Shown: positions 1-7,730 of the stretch, piece after piece
Numbering within the stretch: the stretch's first letter is position 1
How the letters are laid out: each line of letters starts with the position of its first letter
Position numbers and translations under genes: made by a program
Assembly: GCA_963693365.1 (NCBI GenBank)
Contig: CAVNZM010000050.1
Coordinates: 1-27,981 of the forward strand
Source of the DNA: Amoebidium appalachense
Lineage: Eukaryota > Protista > Ichthyosporea
DNA length: 27,981 nt
Reading direction: 5' to 3'
Notes under the pieces: generated by a model
What the model was told of the DNA's origin: nothing
Seen by the model: the letters and a program-made list of their open reading frames with translations, nothing else
The model's database searches: none

Positions 1-102
1 CGGGACCCCGAGTACGGGGGCATGGCGGGCGTGCGCGACGCACGCCGCCCGCTGCTGTCTGAACCCCGCGTGGCCATTAAATACGTTCACCATTTTATTG
101 GA

Positions 103-1536
103 TCAACCAGCTCCCAGCAGCAGCAGCACGAGCGCCACCGCGATCACCAGGCCCCAGTACGCCGCGGCGTTCGCGTGCGCCCAGGCGCTTGCCGACTCCA
201 GTGGTGTTTGGGCAGGCTGTGTCGGCGCAGGCGGATTCTGCGAGTCCTTTCCAGCCACACCAGGCACACCGGGTACGGCCGGAGCCCCGGGCCCTAAGGG
301 CTTGTTGTCGGGGTTGGTGTTGGTGGTGGTGGCACCCGACTCCTCCTTGCCGATCTGCATGAGGCACTGCTGTACCTGCGTGGCCTGGATCTTGGCGTCA
401 GTGTTCTCCGTGACCTCCATGGCCTGGTTGCAGATCTGCACGTTGAGCGCCGTGCACTCCTCGTTCTCCATGTCACGTGTCTTGTAGCCCTGTACCTTGC
501 ACACTGCGTGGTGGCACTGCACGCTCCAGCCAAACTTCTCCTTGAGCGTGGCGTGGTCCATCCCCGCCGGGAGCGGCGCAAAGCACCCGCAAGTGGGGTC
601 GGTGACCCCGGCCTCGGTCTTGCAGAAGAACTCGGCGTATGCCTTTACCGCGCTGTCTTGTGTGGCGGGGAAGAGGTAGTTCTTGTCCATGCGGGCCTGG
701 TCGTGTAGCGGCACCACCGAGTCGTCCCGCACGCGCGAAAACTCGAGGAGGTCGCGCAGCCGCAGCGGCCTGGCGGTGTCCCAGTTCTGCTCGCGCTTGT
801 AGTCGAACTTGTACAGCAGATAGCGGTCGTGCATGCGCAGGAGGCTCACGGGCCGCATGGTGTGGTCGTTTCCCTTGGCCAGCTCGCCGCGGTACTGGAC
901 TCGCAGCTTGGACTGCTGCAGGGACACGAGGTGGCGGTGCGGCGCGCGCAGCCAGTAGTCCGGGTTCCAGTACTTCTGGTAGTCGTCCCACTTCCAGTCC
1001 TGATTTTTCCTCGATGCCGACGGTGCGCACATCTTGTCGCCGGGGTTGTACGTCGGAAACGCCGGCTGGTCGCTGAGCGCCACGTAGTCGGCCGGGCACG
1101 TGAGCACCTTGAGCCGGGTGGCGTTCTGGCGGGTGCTGGCCGGGCACCCGACGGCCTGTGCGTCCTCCTGGATGTCGGCGAGTCCAGGCGTGTAGCAGAA
1201 GCGCGGGTCGTCATAGATCAGGCACACCAAGTCCGAGTCCACGGGGTTGTACTCGGGGTCGCCGTGGTTTCGCCTGCAGCCGGCGGGGTCCTCTGCGGTT
1301 GCACAGGAGGCCCACGCCACGAACGACACGGCCTTGTACTTCGGAAACGCAGGGTGTGGCAGTGGGAACTGGAGCTTGAGCGAGGGCATGCGCCCGCCGT
1401 GGTGCGCCCACTCGTTGCCGAACTGCCAGTCCCACAGTTGCTTTCGGTACTCGTCCCAGCGCACGAACTTCCACGGGTAGTCCGGGTTCTCCTTGAGGCG
1501 CTCGATGTCGTCCTTTCCCCAGGTGATGTTTGCCAT
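103..1536 (-). CDS. Virion membrane protein, poxvirus A16/G9/J5 (entry-fusion complex)-like
   Basis: 477 aa ORF. C-terminal Cys-rich pattern DPTCGC...QCHHAVC...GY...EEC...QICNQ...QQC, then a P/T-rich linker and a C-terminal TM helix (YWGLVIAVALVLLLLG). AATAAA on the minus strand at 94-99, just after the stop. Confidence 0.7.
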   Translation of the reverse strand: MANITWGKDDIERLKENPDYPWKFVRWDEYRKQLWDWQFGNEWAHHGGRMPSLKLQFPLPHPAFPKYKAVSFVAWASCATAEDPAGCRRNHGDPEYNPVDSDLVCLIYDDPRFCYTPGLADIQEDAQAVGCPASTRQNATRLKVLTCPADYVALSDQPAFPTYNPGDKMCAPSASRKNQDWKWDDYQKYWNPDYWLRAPHRHLVSLQQSKLRVQYRGELAKGNDHTMRPVSLLRMHDRYLLYKFDYKREQNWDTARPLRLRDLLEFSRVRDDSVVPLHDQARMDKNYLFPATQDSAVKAYAEFFCKTEAGVTDPTCGCFAPLPAGMDHATLKEKFGWSVQCHHAVCKVQGYKTRDMENEECTALNVQICNQAMEVTENTDAKIQATQVQQCLMQIGKEESGATTTNTNPDNKPLGPGAPAVPGVPGVAGKDSQNPPAPTQPAQTPLESASAWAHANAAAYWGLVIAVALVLLLLGAG

Positions 1537-2288
1537 CAGTTACCATCGTCCCCATTAATTTGCGGACGCCGGGCCTGCAGCCACAGCAGCGCGCGTGCGG
1601 TCAGGGCGCCGGCCACACCGCCAAGCAGGGGACCCAGGAAGAAGATCCAGAGGTGCTTCAGGTCGTGGCTGTCGCCAAACGCGGCGGCCGCAAGGCTGCG
1701 TGCGGGGTTGATGGAGCAGCCGGTGACCGTAACCAACAGCATGTGCATAAGGAACACCACAGACCCGATGGCCAGAGGGGCGACGACGGGCTCGACGTCC
1801 GCGATGTCGGGGTGCTTGCATGCAAGCGACACGGTGAACACCAAGAACGCCGTGGCCAACAGCTCCATGGCCAGCGCCTCGCCCTGGGTGGTCCCGCCGA
1901 CCAGCCCGTTTGTTCCGAACGAGCCGTGGCGGGCGGGAGGCATGCCGGCGCGCAGCAACGCCGTGCCCAGGATACCTCCGGTAAACTGGGCGGTGAAGTA
2001 GAGCGGGAGAAGCACGGGGTCCAGCCAACCGGCGGCAACCATGCCCAGAGTCACCGCCGGGTTGACGTGGGCACCCGACACGGGGCCCAGCACGGCCACC
2101 AGCCCCCCAACAACACCCCCGAACCCGGCGGCCACGGCAAGGACGTCAGCGGCCGATGATGCACCGTGTGAGGTTTCACCCGTGGCCATGGCGATGCCGA
2201 TGGCGGTGAAGGTGAGCAGGGCGGTGCCGCAGAACTCGGCGATGAAGGTGGGTGTGTTGTGCAGGAGGAAGGACTTCACGCTCTGCAT
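1536..2288 (-). CDS. Aquaporin (MIP family), orthodox water-channel type
   Basis: AEF motif in TM1, two NPA boxes (SGAHVNPAVT, TGCSINPARS) and six hydrophobic segments. ATG at 2288 is preferred over the GTG at 2303. Confidence 0.96.
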   Translation of the reverse strand: MQSVKSFLLHNTPTFIAEFCGTALLTFTAIGIAMATGETSHGASSAADVLAVAAGFGGVVGGLVAVLGPVSGAHVNPAVTLGMVAAGWLDPVLLPLYFTAQFTGGILGTALLRAGMPPARHGSFGTNGLVGGTTQGEALAMELLATAFLVFTVSLACKHPDIADVEPVVAPLAIGSVVFLMHMLLVTVTGCSINPARSLAAAAFGDSHDLKHLWIFFLGPLLGGVAGALTARALLWLQARRPQINGDDGN

Positions 2289-2432
2289 GGTTGAGTGTGG
2301 CACACATTTTGTGGGGTGGCGGTTTATTTGGACTTTTTGAGGATCTCGCGGGGGCGCTCACCAGCATGCCAAGGGAAGTGTGTGGGGGGACCAGGAGGGG
2401 GGGGCAGGAGGGGGAACAATTTACAACTTTAG

Positions 2433-2816
2433 TTACTCAAGCACCCGCCCGGGGTTCAGCAGCACCAGGGCCTCCTTGGGCCCGCCCTGGGCCTTGCTGC
2501 CCTGCACGTACCAGCCGTCCACGCCGAACGCCTGGCACAGCGTGCGTGCGCGGCGCTGCTGCACGGCCGTCAGCTTCGTGCGCTGCGAGAGCGCCAGCAG
2601 GAGCTGCTTCTCGGGGCTGGGCTGCCCGAGGTCGGGGAGGAGCAGCGTGATGTCGGTCTTGACGGTGTACTGGACGGCATGGACGCCCCTCTTCGCGAGG
2701 TGCGTGCCGTTGCTGAGGATGCGTGCGCCCTTACGGATGGCGAGGGTGACGTTGCCGTTGAAGTGGCGGGAGTTGCACATCTTGCGGTCGAGACACAACC
2801 CGTTCGGTGCGGGCAT
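2433..2816 (-). CDS. Hypothetical protein, possible ADP-ribosyltransferase-like fold
   Basis: 127 aa with high GC3 codon usage and a downstream AATAAA (2323-2328, minus). The pattern IRKG..LSNGT...YTVKTDITLL...LC..FGVDGWY...E.LVLLNP loosely resembles ART-like viral/fungal proteins. Confidence 0.55.
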   Translation of the reverse strand: MPAPNGLCLDRKMCNSRHFNGNVTLAIRKGARILSNGTHLAKRGVHAVQYTVKTDITLLLPDLGQPSPEKQLLLALSQRTKLTAVQQRRARTLCQAFGVDGWYVQGSKAQGGPKEALVLLNPGRVLE

Positions 2817-2900
2817 TTACGAGGGGCTTGCATTATGTGAGGTGCTTTCGGCTTGGCACGCTGCGGCTGTTGGTTTTTGCACTTCAAGGGCTTCCTGGCG

Positions 2901-2940
2901 AAGGTATAAAAGGCCAACACACTCCCACAGGAGCTCAGTC
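2901..2940 (+). promoter_or_regulatory. TATA box + initiator promoter
   Basis: AAGGTATAAAAGG (T at 2905), TCAGTC with A at 2937 (32 nt downstream), ATG at 2947. Confidence 0.75.
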
Positions 2941-2946
2941 TGCAAC

Positions 2947-3228
2947 ATGGAATTCCCTCCACCTTCATCTACTCTGACCTCTACCCTGGGGCCCAAGGCT
3001 GCACTGCTCGGCGAGTTCGCCAAGTTCTGGGACCTGGACGGCGACATCGACGAGCTGGCCATCAACGAGGAGCTGAGCGGGGCCCGTGTGCAGGCGCTGC
3101 TGTTCAACTACAAGAACGAGAAAGCCGGGAAAGTAGCTATCATCGAGCATCTGAAGACCCACGATCATGTCATTGAAGGTATTGACTTCAAGATCGACGC
3201 CTTGAGGTGGGTTGCTTTCGACTGGTGA
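2947..3228 (+). CDS. Hypothetical protein (93 aa)
   Basis: MEFPPPSS...RWVAFDW with strong GC3 bias. The ATG follows a TATA/Inr promoter. The longer 2380 start overlaps another gene antisense. Confidence 0.7.
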   Translation: MEFPPPSSTLTSTLGPKAALLGEFAKFWDLDGDIDELAINEELSGARVQALLFNYKNEKAGKVAIIEHLKTHDHVIEGIDFKIDALRWVAFDW

Positions 3229-3273
3229 AACCTTTTCATGATAAAACGCCGTATGTGTTCTTTAAATTTTAAT

Positions 3274-3504
3274 GATTGGCTGAAATGTTTTTTGACACCC
3301 ACGGGTGTAGAAATTCCGGTGATTCGATTGGGCGTTAGCTTTTAACGTCGAATGTCTATCTCCATTCAGAGCACAGGGGCGTGGTCGACCCGTGACGGAG
3401 ATTTTCATGAACCCCAAGACCTTCAAGTGCTCGTCATGACCGTCCAGATTGGCTTGAACCATTTTTGGCACCCGTGGGTGTAGAAATTCCGATGATTTGA
3501 TTGG
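3274..3504. repeat. Two imperfect 58-bp direct repeats (period 173 bp) with CCAAT boxes and a near-palindrome
   Basis: 3274-3331 vs 3447-3504: GATTGGCT...TTTTTG(A/G)CACCC(AC/GT)GGGTGTAGAAATTCCG(G/A)TGATT(C/T)GATTGG. Confidence 0.85.
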
Positions 3505-3522
3505 TTCGTATTGTCTCACTTC

Positions 3523-3651
3523 TCAAATAAAGTACCCGTTCAGCTCGTTCAGCAGGTGCAGCACCATGGCCGCAAGCAGCACGAACGTGGCGAACAGCCG
3601 CGCGTACTTGAGCTTATAGTCGAAGGTCCATTGGTCGGGCAGGAGCCTCAT
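3523..3651 (-). CDS. Small membrane protein (42 aa)
   Basis: Translated by hand: MRLLPDQWTFDYKLKYARLFATFVLLAAMVLHLLNELNGYFI*. One TM helix and strong GC3 bias. Below the ORF-track cutoff. Confidence 0.6.
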   Translation of the reverse strand: MRLLPDQWTFDYKLKYARLFATFVLLAAMVLHLLNELNGYFI

Positions 3652-3701
3652 GTTGCTTCAGCCCCCTATTTTATTGCCTGGGTTGCCCCATCCCCGTCCC
3701 C

Positions 3702-4796
3702 TTACCCCTCCTTCGTCTCCTTGCCCTGCTTCATCATCTCCGCCAGCCTTCGCTTGCGCGCCTGCATGCGCGTGCGCGTCTCCTGGTCCACGTAGTCGTC
3801 GTCGCCCGAGGTCTCGACGTCCTCGCCGGCCGCCCGCCGCGACTCGCGGTCGGTGACGTAGGCACCGTAGAGGTCCGTGATGACCCGTGCGTCCTTGTTG
3901 ATGGGGTGCGGGAACCCGGCCACCAGCTCCGGCAGCCGCGGCGTGCACTTCTGCACGCGCACGCGCACGTACTGCACGCGCAGCATCTCGTAGCGCGCGA
4001 GCAGCGTCTCGTGGTCGTCCTTGAGCTTGTTGAACTGGATCTCCTTCTGCTGCAGCGCGGCCACGCGCGCGTTGAGGTGGCGGATGTGCTCGACGTAGCG
4101 CTCGCACTCGGGGTTGCTGCGCTTCATCTTCTCCAGCTGGTCCTTGAGCAGCTCGTTCTCGCGCTTGGCCGCGTGCAGCTGGCCCTTGTCCTCCACCGTC
4201 TCCTTGAGCGACTTGTAGTTGGCCCGCAGCTCGACCAGCTCGCGGTTGTTGGTCTCGGCGTTCTGGATGGACTCGCGTGCCTCGCGCAGATCGAGCATAA
4301 TGGCACGGGCGGTGGACTCGTCCACGCCCTTGCGCTGCAACGTGCTCTGGTCTCCGATGCCCTGCAGGATGTGCACCAGCACGTTGGCAATCTCACGAGC
4401 CAGTGCGCCGTTGCTTCGGTTGGTCCCGTTCAGCTGCTCGCGGAATTCCGGGACATGTCAATTGGCAACTTCCACACGACCTCCTTCGAGTCCTTGCTTG
4501 TATTCCCCTCCTTGTCCAAAGTGGGCATGTCCGCAAACGCCAGCTCCACCGCCATTGTAGCAGTGGAGTTGTCTCTGGAAAATGATTGCAGGGCAGTGTT
4601 CGATGGCCGGCGGGAGTTTGTTGTAGATATCGCCGATCACTTTCTGGTGGCTCGAGATGACGGCGTTGTTTTGGTTCAACAGCTTGGCGATCATATCGGT
4701 TACACTCTTGATGTCCTGTGTTTGCACGATGCCACTCGGCCCTCCACCCCCAAACTTCAATTTCGTGAGGATCTCTATAGCCCTGTTAAGACTCAT
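3702..4796 (-). CDS. Coiled-coil protein, apparently split by two compensating frameshifts
   Basis: ORFs 4458..4877 (ATG 4796, MSLNRAIEIL) and 3702..4382 share a frame. The intervening 4452-4600 reads best in a shifted frame (NTALQSFSRD...WKLPIDMS). Long heptad region, basic ARKRR near the C-terminus, AATAAA at 3670-3675 (minus). Confidence 0.6.
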
Positions 4797-4876
4797 CCTG
4801 GCATCATGCTCATTTGCTCTTGCCCCACATAATGCAGCTTTGGCCACACCCCACCGCATTATTCCCTCGGTCAACA

Positions 4877-5107
4877 ATGTCCGTGCTCGCCAACGTGATG
4901 ATGTTTGTCTTCTGGGCGCTCGCCGTCGGCTCCATGGCCGGGTTCATGAGCCTGTACAGCGCCATGACGAAGGAGAAGTGCGTCGAGGCCGCCGTGAAGA
5001 ACAGGTACGAGGCCTCGAACACTGCCGTGATGGTGGCCCTGGTGGTCACCGTGTTTGCGTACCTCATCTACGGCGTGTACGCGTCGGCCTCCTCCGCGCA
5101 GGTATAA
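4877..5107 (+). CDS. Small two-TM membrane protein
   Basis: MSVLANVMMFVFWALAVG...VMVALVVTVFAYLIYGVY. Two hydrophobic helices, high GC3. Confidence 0.7.
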   Translation: MSVLANVMMFVFWALAVGSMAGFMSLYSAMTKEKCVEAAVKNRYEASNTAVMVALVVTVFAYLIYGVYASASSAQV

Positions 5108-5144
5108 AGGGAGCTCGTCCGCAATTGTTGCGCCCAGTCTCAGT

Positions 5145-5537
5145 ATGGGTGCCGTCGCCTCGCAGCCCATCGTGTGCGCGCCGGTGCAGACCTTCTTCGT
5201 CACCACGGACGCCGACTGCTCGCCCGTCCTGGTCACCAACCGCCTCATGGGCACGCTGACCGTGGACTCGACCCGCGTGACCGTGTGGGCGTCCACGCGC
5301 CCGCTCTACTTTCTGCCCACCACGGGCCTCAAGGCCATGCCCCCAGACCAGTACCTGCCGGCGGCCGTGCAGCACGGCTGCGACGCACTGCTGGCGAACC
5401 GGCTGGTGCTGGGGGGCGACCCCGAGTCGCTGGGGCTCGTGCGCCTGGCCGACATGACGCCGCGCGAGTTCAAGCAGTACCGGCCGATCTTCGTGTCCGG
5501 CACCGTCACCACGTCCATCACCGTGCCGCAGCTCTAG
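5145..5537 (+). CDS. Hypothetical protein with N-myristoylation-like start
   Basis: MGAVAS fits MGxxxS. High GC3. Preceded by GGTATAAAGG (5101) and CCAGTC (A at 5136). Confidence 0.65.
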   Translation: MGAVASQPIVCAPVQTFFVTTDADCSPVLVTNRLMGTLTVDSTRVTVWASTRPLYFLPTTGLKAMPPDQYLPAAVQHGCDALLANRLVLGGDPESLGLVRLADMTPREFKQYRPIFVSGTVTTSITVPQL

Positions 5538-6192
5538 GCGTCATAGTCTCGCACCACGCCAGGTCCTTGAGGAACAGCCCCATGTTGAAGTACTGCACCA
5601 GGCTGTTGAGCCCCGCCAGGAACGGCCGCCGAAACATCGGGTTGCCGGCCATCCCCGGCACCGGGTGGTTCCAGCGCGACTTGAGCGCCACCTCGAACAC
5701 CTCGTCCGCGAGGAACCACTGCATGTTGCGCTTCTCCAGGAAGTCGTACTTGACGCGCAGCGTGCCGTCGCGCACCTCCGTCGACCCCGGCAGAGCCAGC
5801 TGGCCTGCCGACAGCGCCTGGCGCGCAGCCCGGAACCGGTGCGGCAGGTGCGGGTCAAATGGGATCTGCACCATATACGTAATAAAGTAGCGGTTCTGAC
5901 CGGCCGCTCCCGCAAACCTGAGCACGTACGCCCGGTCCCGCAGGATGCCCTCGAGCATCGGGCGGGGGATCACAGTGTCCAGTGTCTCCTCGTAGAACTC
6001 CATGACCGTGGTCTCCTCCACGGTCAGGCCCGCCTTGAGCCTCCCGCCAAACACCCCGTACCTCCCGTCACTGTCCTCCTGTCCGAGGAGGAACAGCACG
6101 CGGCGGTCGTGCACGGCGTAGGGCAGCACGCCGGCGCCGATGATGCGACAGTCATCGTCGTGGTAGGGGATGCACATGTCCAGGACTTTCAT
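5518..6192 (-). CDS. NUDIX hydrolase (NCLDV type), degenerate Nudix box
   Basis: GAGVLPY...FLLGQE...FGG followed by GGRLKAGLTVEETTVMEFYEETLD. Confidence 0.8.
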   Translation of the reverse strand: MKVLDMCIPYHDDDCRIIGAGVLPYAVHDRRVLFLLGQEDSDGRYGVFGGRLKAGLTVEETTVMEFYEETLDTVIPRPMLEGILRDRAYVLRFAGAAGQNRYFITYMVQIPFDPHLPHRFRAARQALSAGQLALPGSTEVRDGTLRVKYDFLEKRNMQWFLADEVFEVALKSRWNHPVPGMAGNPMFRRPFLAGLNSLVQYFNMGLFLKDLAWCETMTPRAAAR

Positions 6193-6269
6193 CAAGTGGA
6201 GGGGAGATAATCTGGGGTGGGGTCGGTGCCAAACTCACGGGTCAAACGGATTCACCCGCTATTCGATCT

Positions 6270-6382
6270 GATTGGTCGAAAACGGCCAAGATCGATCGAG
6301 CCCGGGATTTCACACTCTGACCAATCAGAGCGCGCAGAAATTCAAAGCCAGTGCTCCGATGTTTCAGCCAATCAGAGCGCCC
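6270..6382. promoter_or_regulatory. CCAAT-box cluster upstream of the NUDIX gene
   Basis: GATTGG at 6270 and the 13-bp direct repeat CCAATCAGAGCGC at 6321 and 6368, in non-coding DNA. Confidence 0.55.
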
Positions 6383-6628
6383 CACATTAGATCACGAGAC
6401 CCAGCCAGTCTGTTTCAACTCATTCGCAAATATCTTTATTTATTTTGAGAGTGGCCAGGTGCGCTCCAAATAAAATAAAAAATGCAATGCAATCCCGTTG
6501 GACCAAACTTTGTAAGGTATTATGCATCCCGGGCCCCGAATTTTACACACCTGGCCAGCCAGATGATACAAAACACACCCGAACCCGCCATCCCCACAGC
6601 AGCCCTGCCAATTGTTGGGGATGACAGG

Positions 6629-7537
6629 CTACCCCAGCACGTGCTTCTCCAGGAAGCGCACGGGGTACACCTTGACCGGGCGCAGGTCCCCCTGCACCAT
6701 CTTCAACGTCTCCTCGGGCTCGCAGCCCTCCTGCTCGCGCCACGTGCGTGCGAGCATCCGGCCGACCGTGCTGCTGGACCTGTCGGTGATGCCCCGGTCG
6801 ACGAGGAACTTCCCGACGGTCACGTACCCGCCGATCGCAGACTCTTCGATGGCCGCACGCTCGCCGGCGGGCACGAGCACGTTGGCCACGGCGTCGTTGA
6901 GCAGCATGCGCATGCGCGGGTCCCTGTCGAGGCCGAACTCCTCGAGGAGGCTGCGGTAGCTCTTGATGTTCTCCACACGCATGCGCCCGTTCTCAATCAG
7001 CAAGCGCTCGACCTCGGCCTCCTCCCGCTTCACGCGCAGCCGACGCTCCTCCTCCAGCTCCTCGCGGCGCCGCTTGCGGTCGGGGGTCTCGTCGGTGCCG
7101 TTGCGGAAGAACTCACGCTCCTCGGGGGTGCTGGCGTCGTAGCGGGCCTCGATCTCGGGGATGAGGGAGACGTCGCCGGAAAGTAGCCGGGCTATGTAGG
7201 TGGCACACGTCCTGCGGAACTCGTGGGCGCGCTTGCCGGGAAGCAGGAAGATGATCTCGAGGAGGACACGGAAGGGGGCGATTGGGGTGGGCTTTCCAAC
7301 CCCATTGATCTGGGCGTCCTCAGCCTCGCTGAGGATGTCAACAACACTATGGTCCTTTGATTTCTTGATCTGTGACCATGCCTCGTACATCGCCGCCTTT
7401 CCAATCACCATTGAAATCACATCTAGGACACTTGCCATGTTCTTGTCTCTGTCAATGCGCATAGTGCAACCTTTGAACTGGGGGAACTCCTTCCAAAGAA
7501 GCGACATATCGCCGGTTTTTTTCTGCTCGCCAGCCAT
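6629..7537 (-). CDS. Bro-N/KilA-like viral DNA-binding protein, paralogue 1
   Basis: MRID...ASVLDVI...TPIAPFRVLLEIIFLLPGKRAHEFRR...RLLSGD.SLI.EI, then a coiled coil with PDRKRRR and an antirepressor-like C-terminus (GRMLARTW...G.EP...VKVYP). Closely similar to 22192..23124. Confidence 0.75.
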   Translation of the reverse strand: MAGEQKKTGDMSLLWKEFPQFKGCTMRIDRDKNMASVLDVISMVIGKAAMYEAWSQIKKSKDHSVVDILSEAEDAQINGVGKPTPIAPFRVLLEIIFLLPGKRAHEFRRTCATYIARLLSGDVSLIPEIEARYDASTPEEREFFRNGTDETPDRKRRREELEEERRLRVKREEAEVERLLIENGRMRVENIKSYRSLLEEFGLDRDPRMRMLLNDAVANVLVPAGERAAIEESAIGGYVTVGKFLVDRGITDRSSSTVGRMLARTWREQEGCEPEETLKMVQGDLRPVKVYPVRFLEKHVLG

Positions 7538-7546
7538 GCTGTGTCC

Positions 7547-7587
7547 GACTGACCTCCTCTGCCGGGCGCTGCTCTTTTATACCTTCA
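7547..7587 (-). promoter_or_regulatory. TATA box + initiator promoter
   Basis: Minus-strand TGAAGGTATAAAAGAGC (T at 7581), TCAGTC with A at 7550 (31 nt), ATG at 7537. Confidence 0.75.
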
Positions 7588-7730
7588 GACCAGGAGAACG
7601 GGAGCCCCGACGCCCGGCACGGTTGGTGTCGGCCTCCCAGGCTGCCAGCCGCTTGTCGTGAGAGTAAACTGCATCAACACGGAAAGTGCGCCGGACGTGC
7701 ACATGTAGCAATCTTTTTGGGGTCCCGGGT

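Noticed and set aside
1-100. Possible 3' end of an upstream plus-strand gene
   Set aside because: Too short to fix a frame or function.
829-2001. 390-aa plus-strand ORF
   Set aside because: Antisense shadow of the aquaporin and membrane protein genes, as expected in high-GC DNA.
2814-2820. TAAATG poxvirus-like late promoter (and TAGATG at both protease starts)
   Set aside because: Too few and too short to distinguish from chance.
4458-4460. In-frame TGA between ORFs 4458..4877 and 3702..4382 as stop read-through or recoding
   Set aside because: The preceding ~50 codons read better in another frame, so compensating indels explain it. TGA is a normal stop elsewhere in the window.
3906-4832. 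308-aa plus-strand ORF
   Set aside because: Antisense to the coiled-coil gene, with no motifs.
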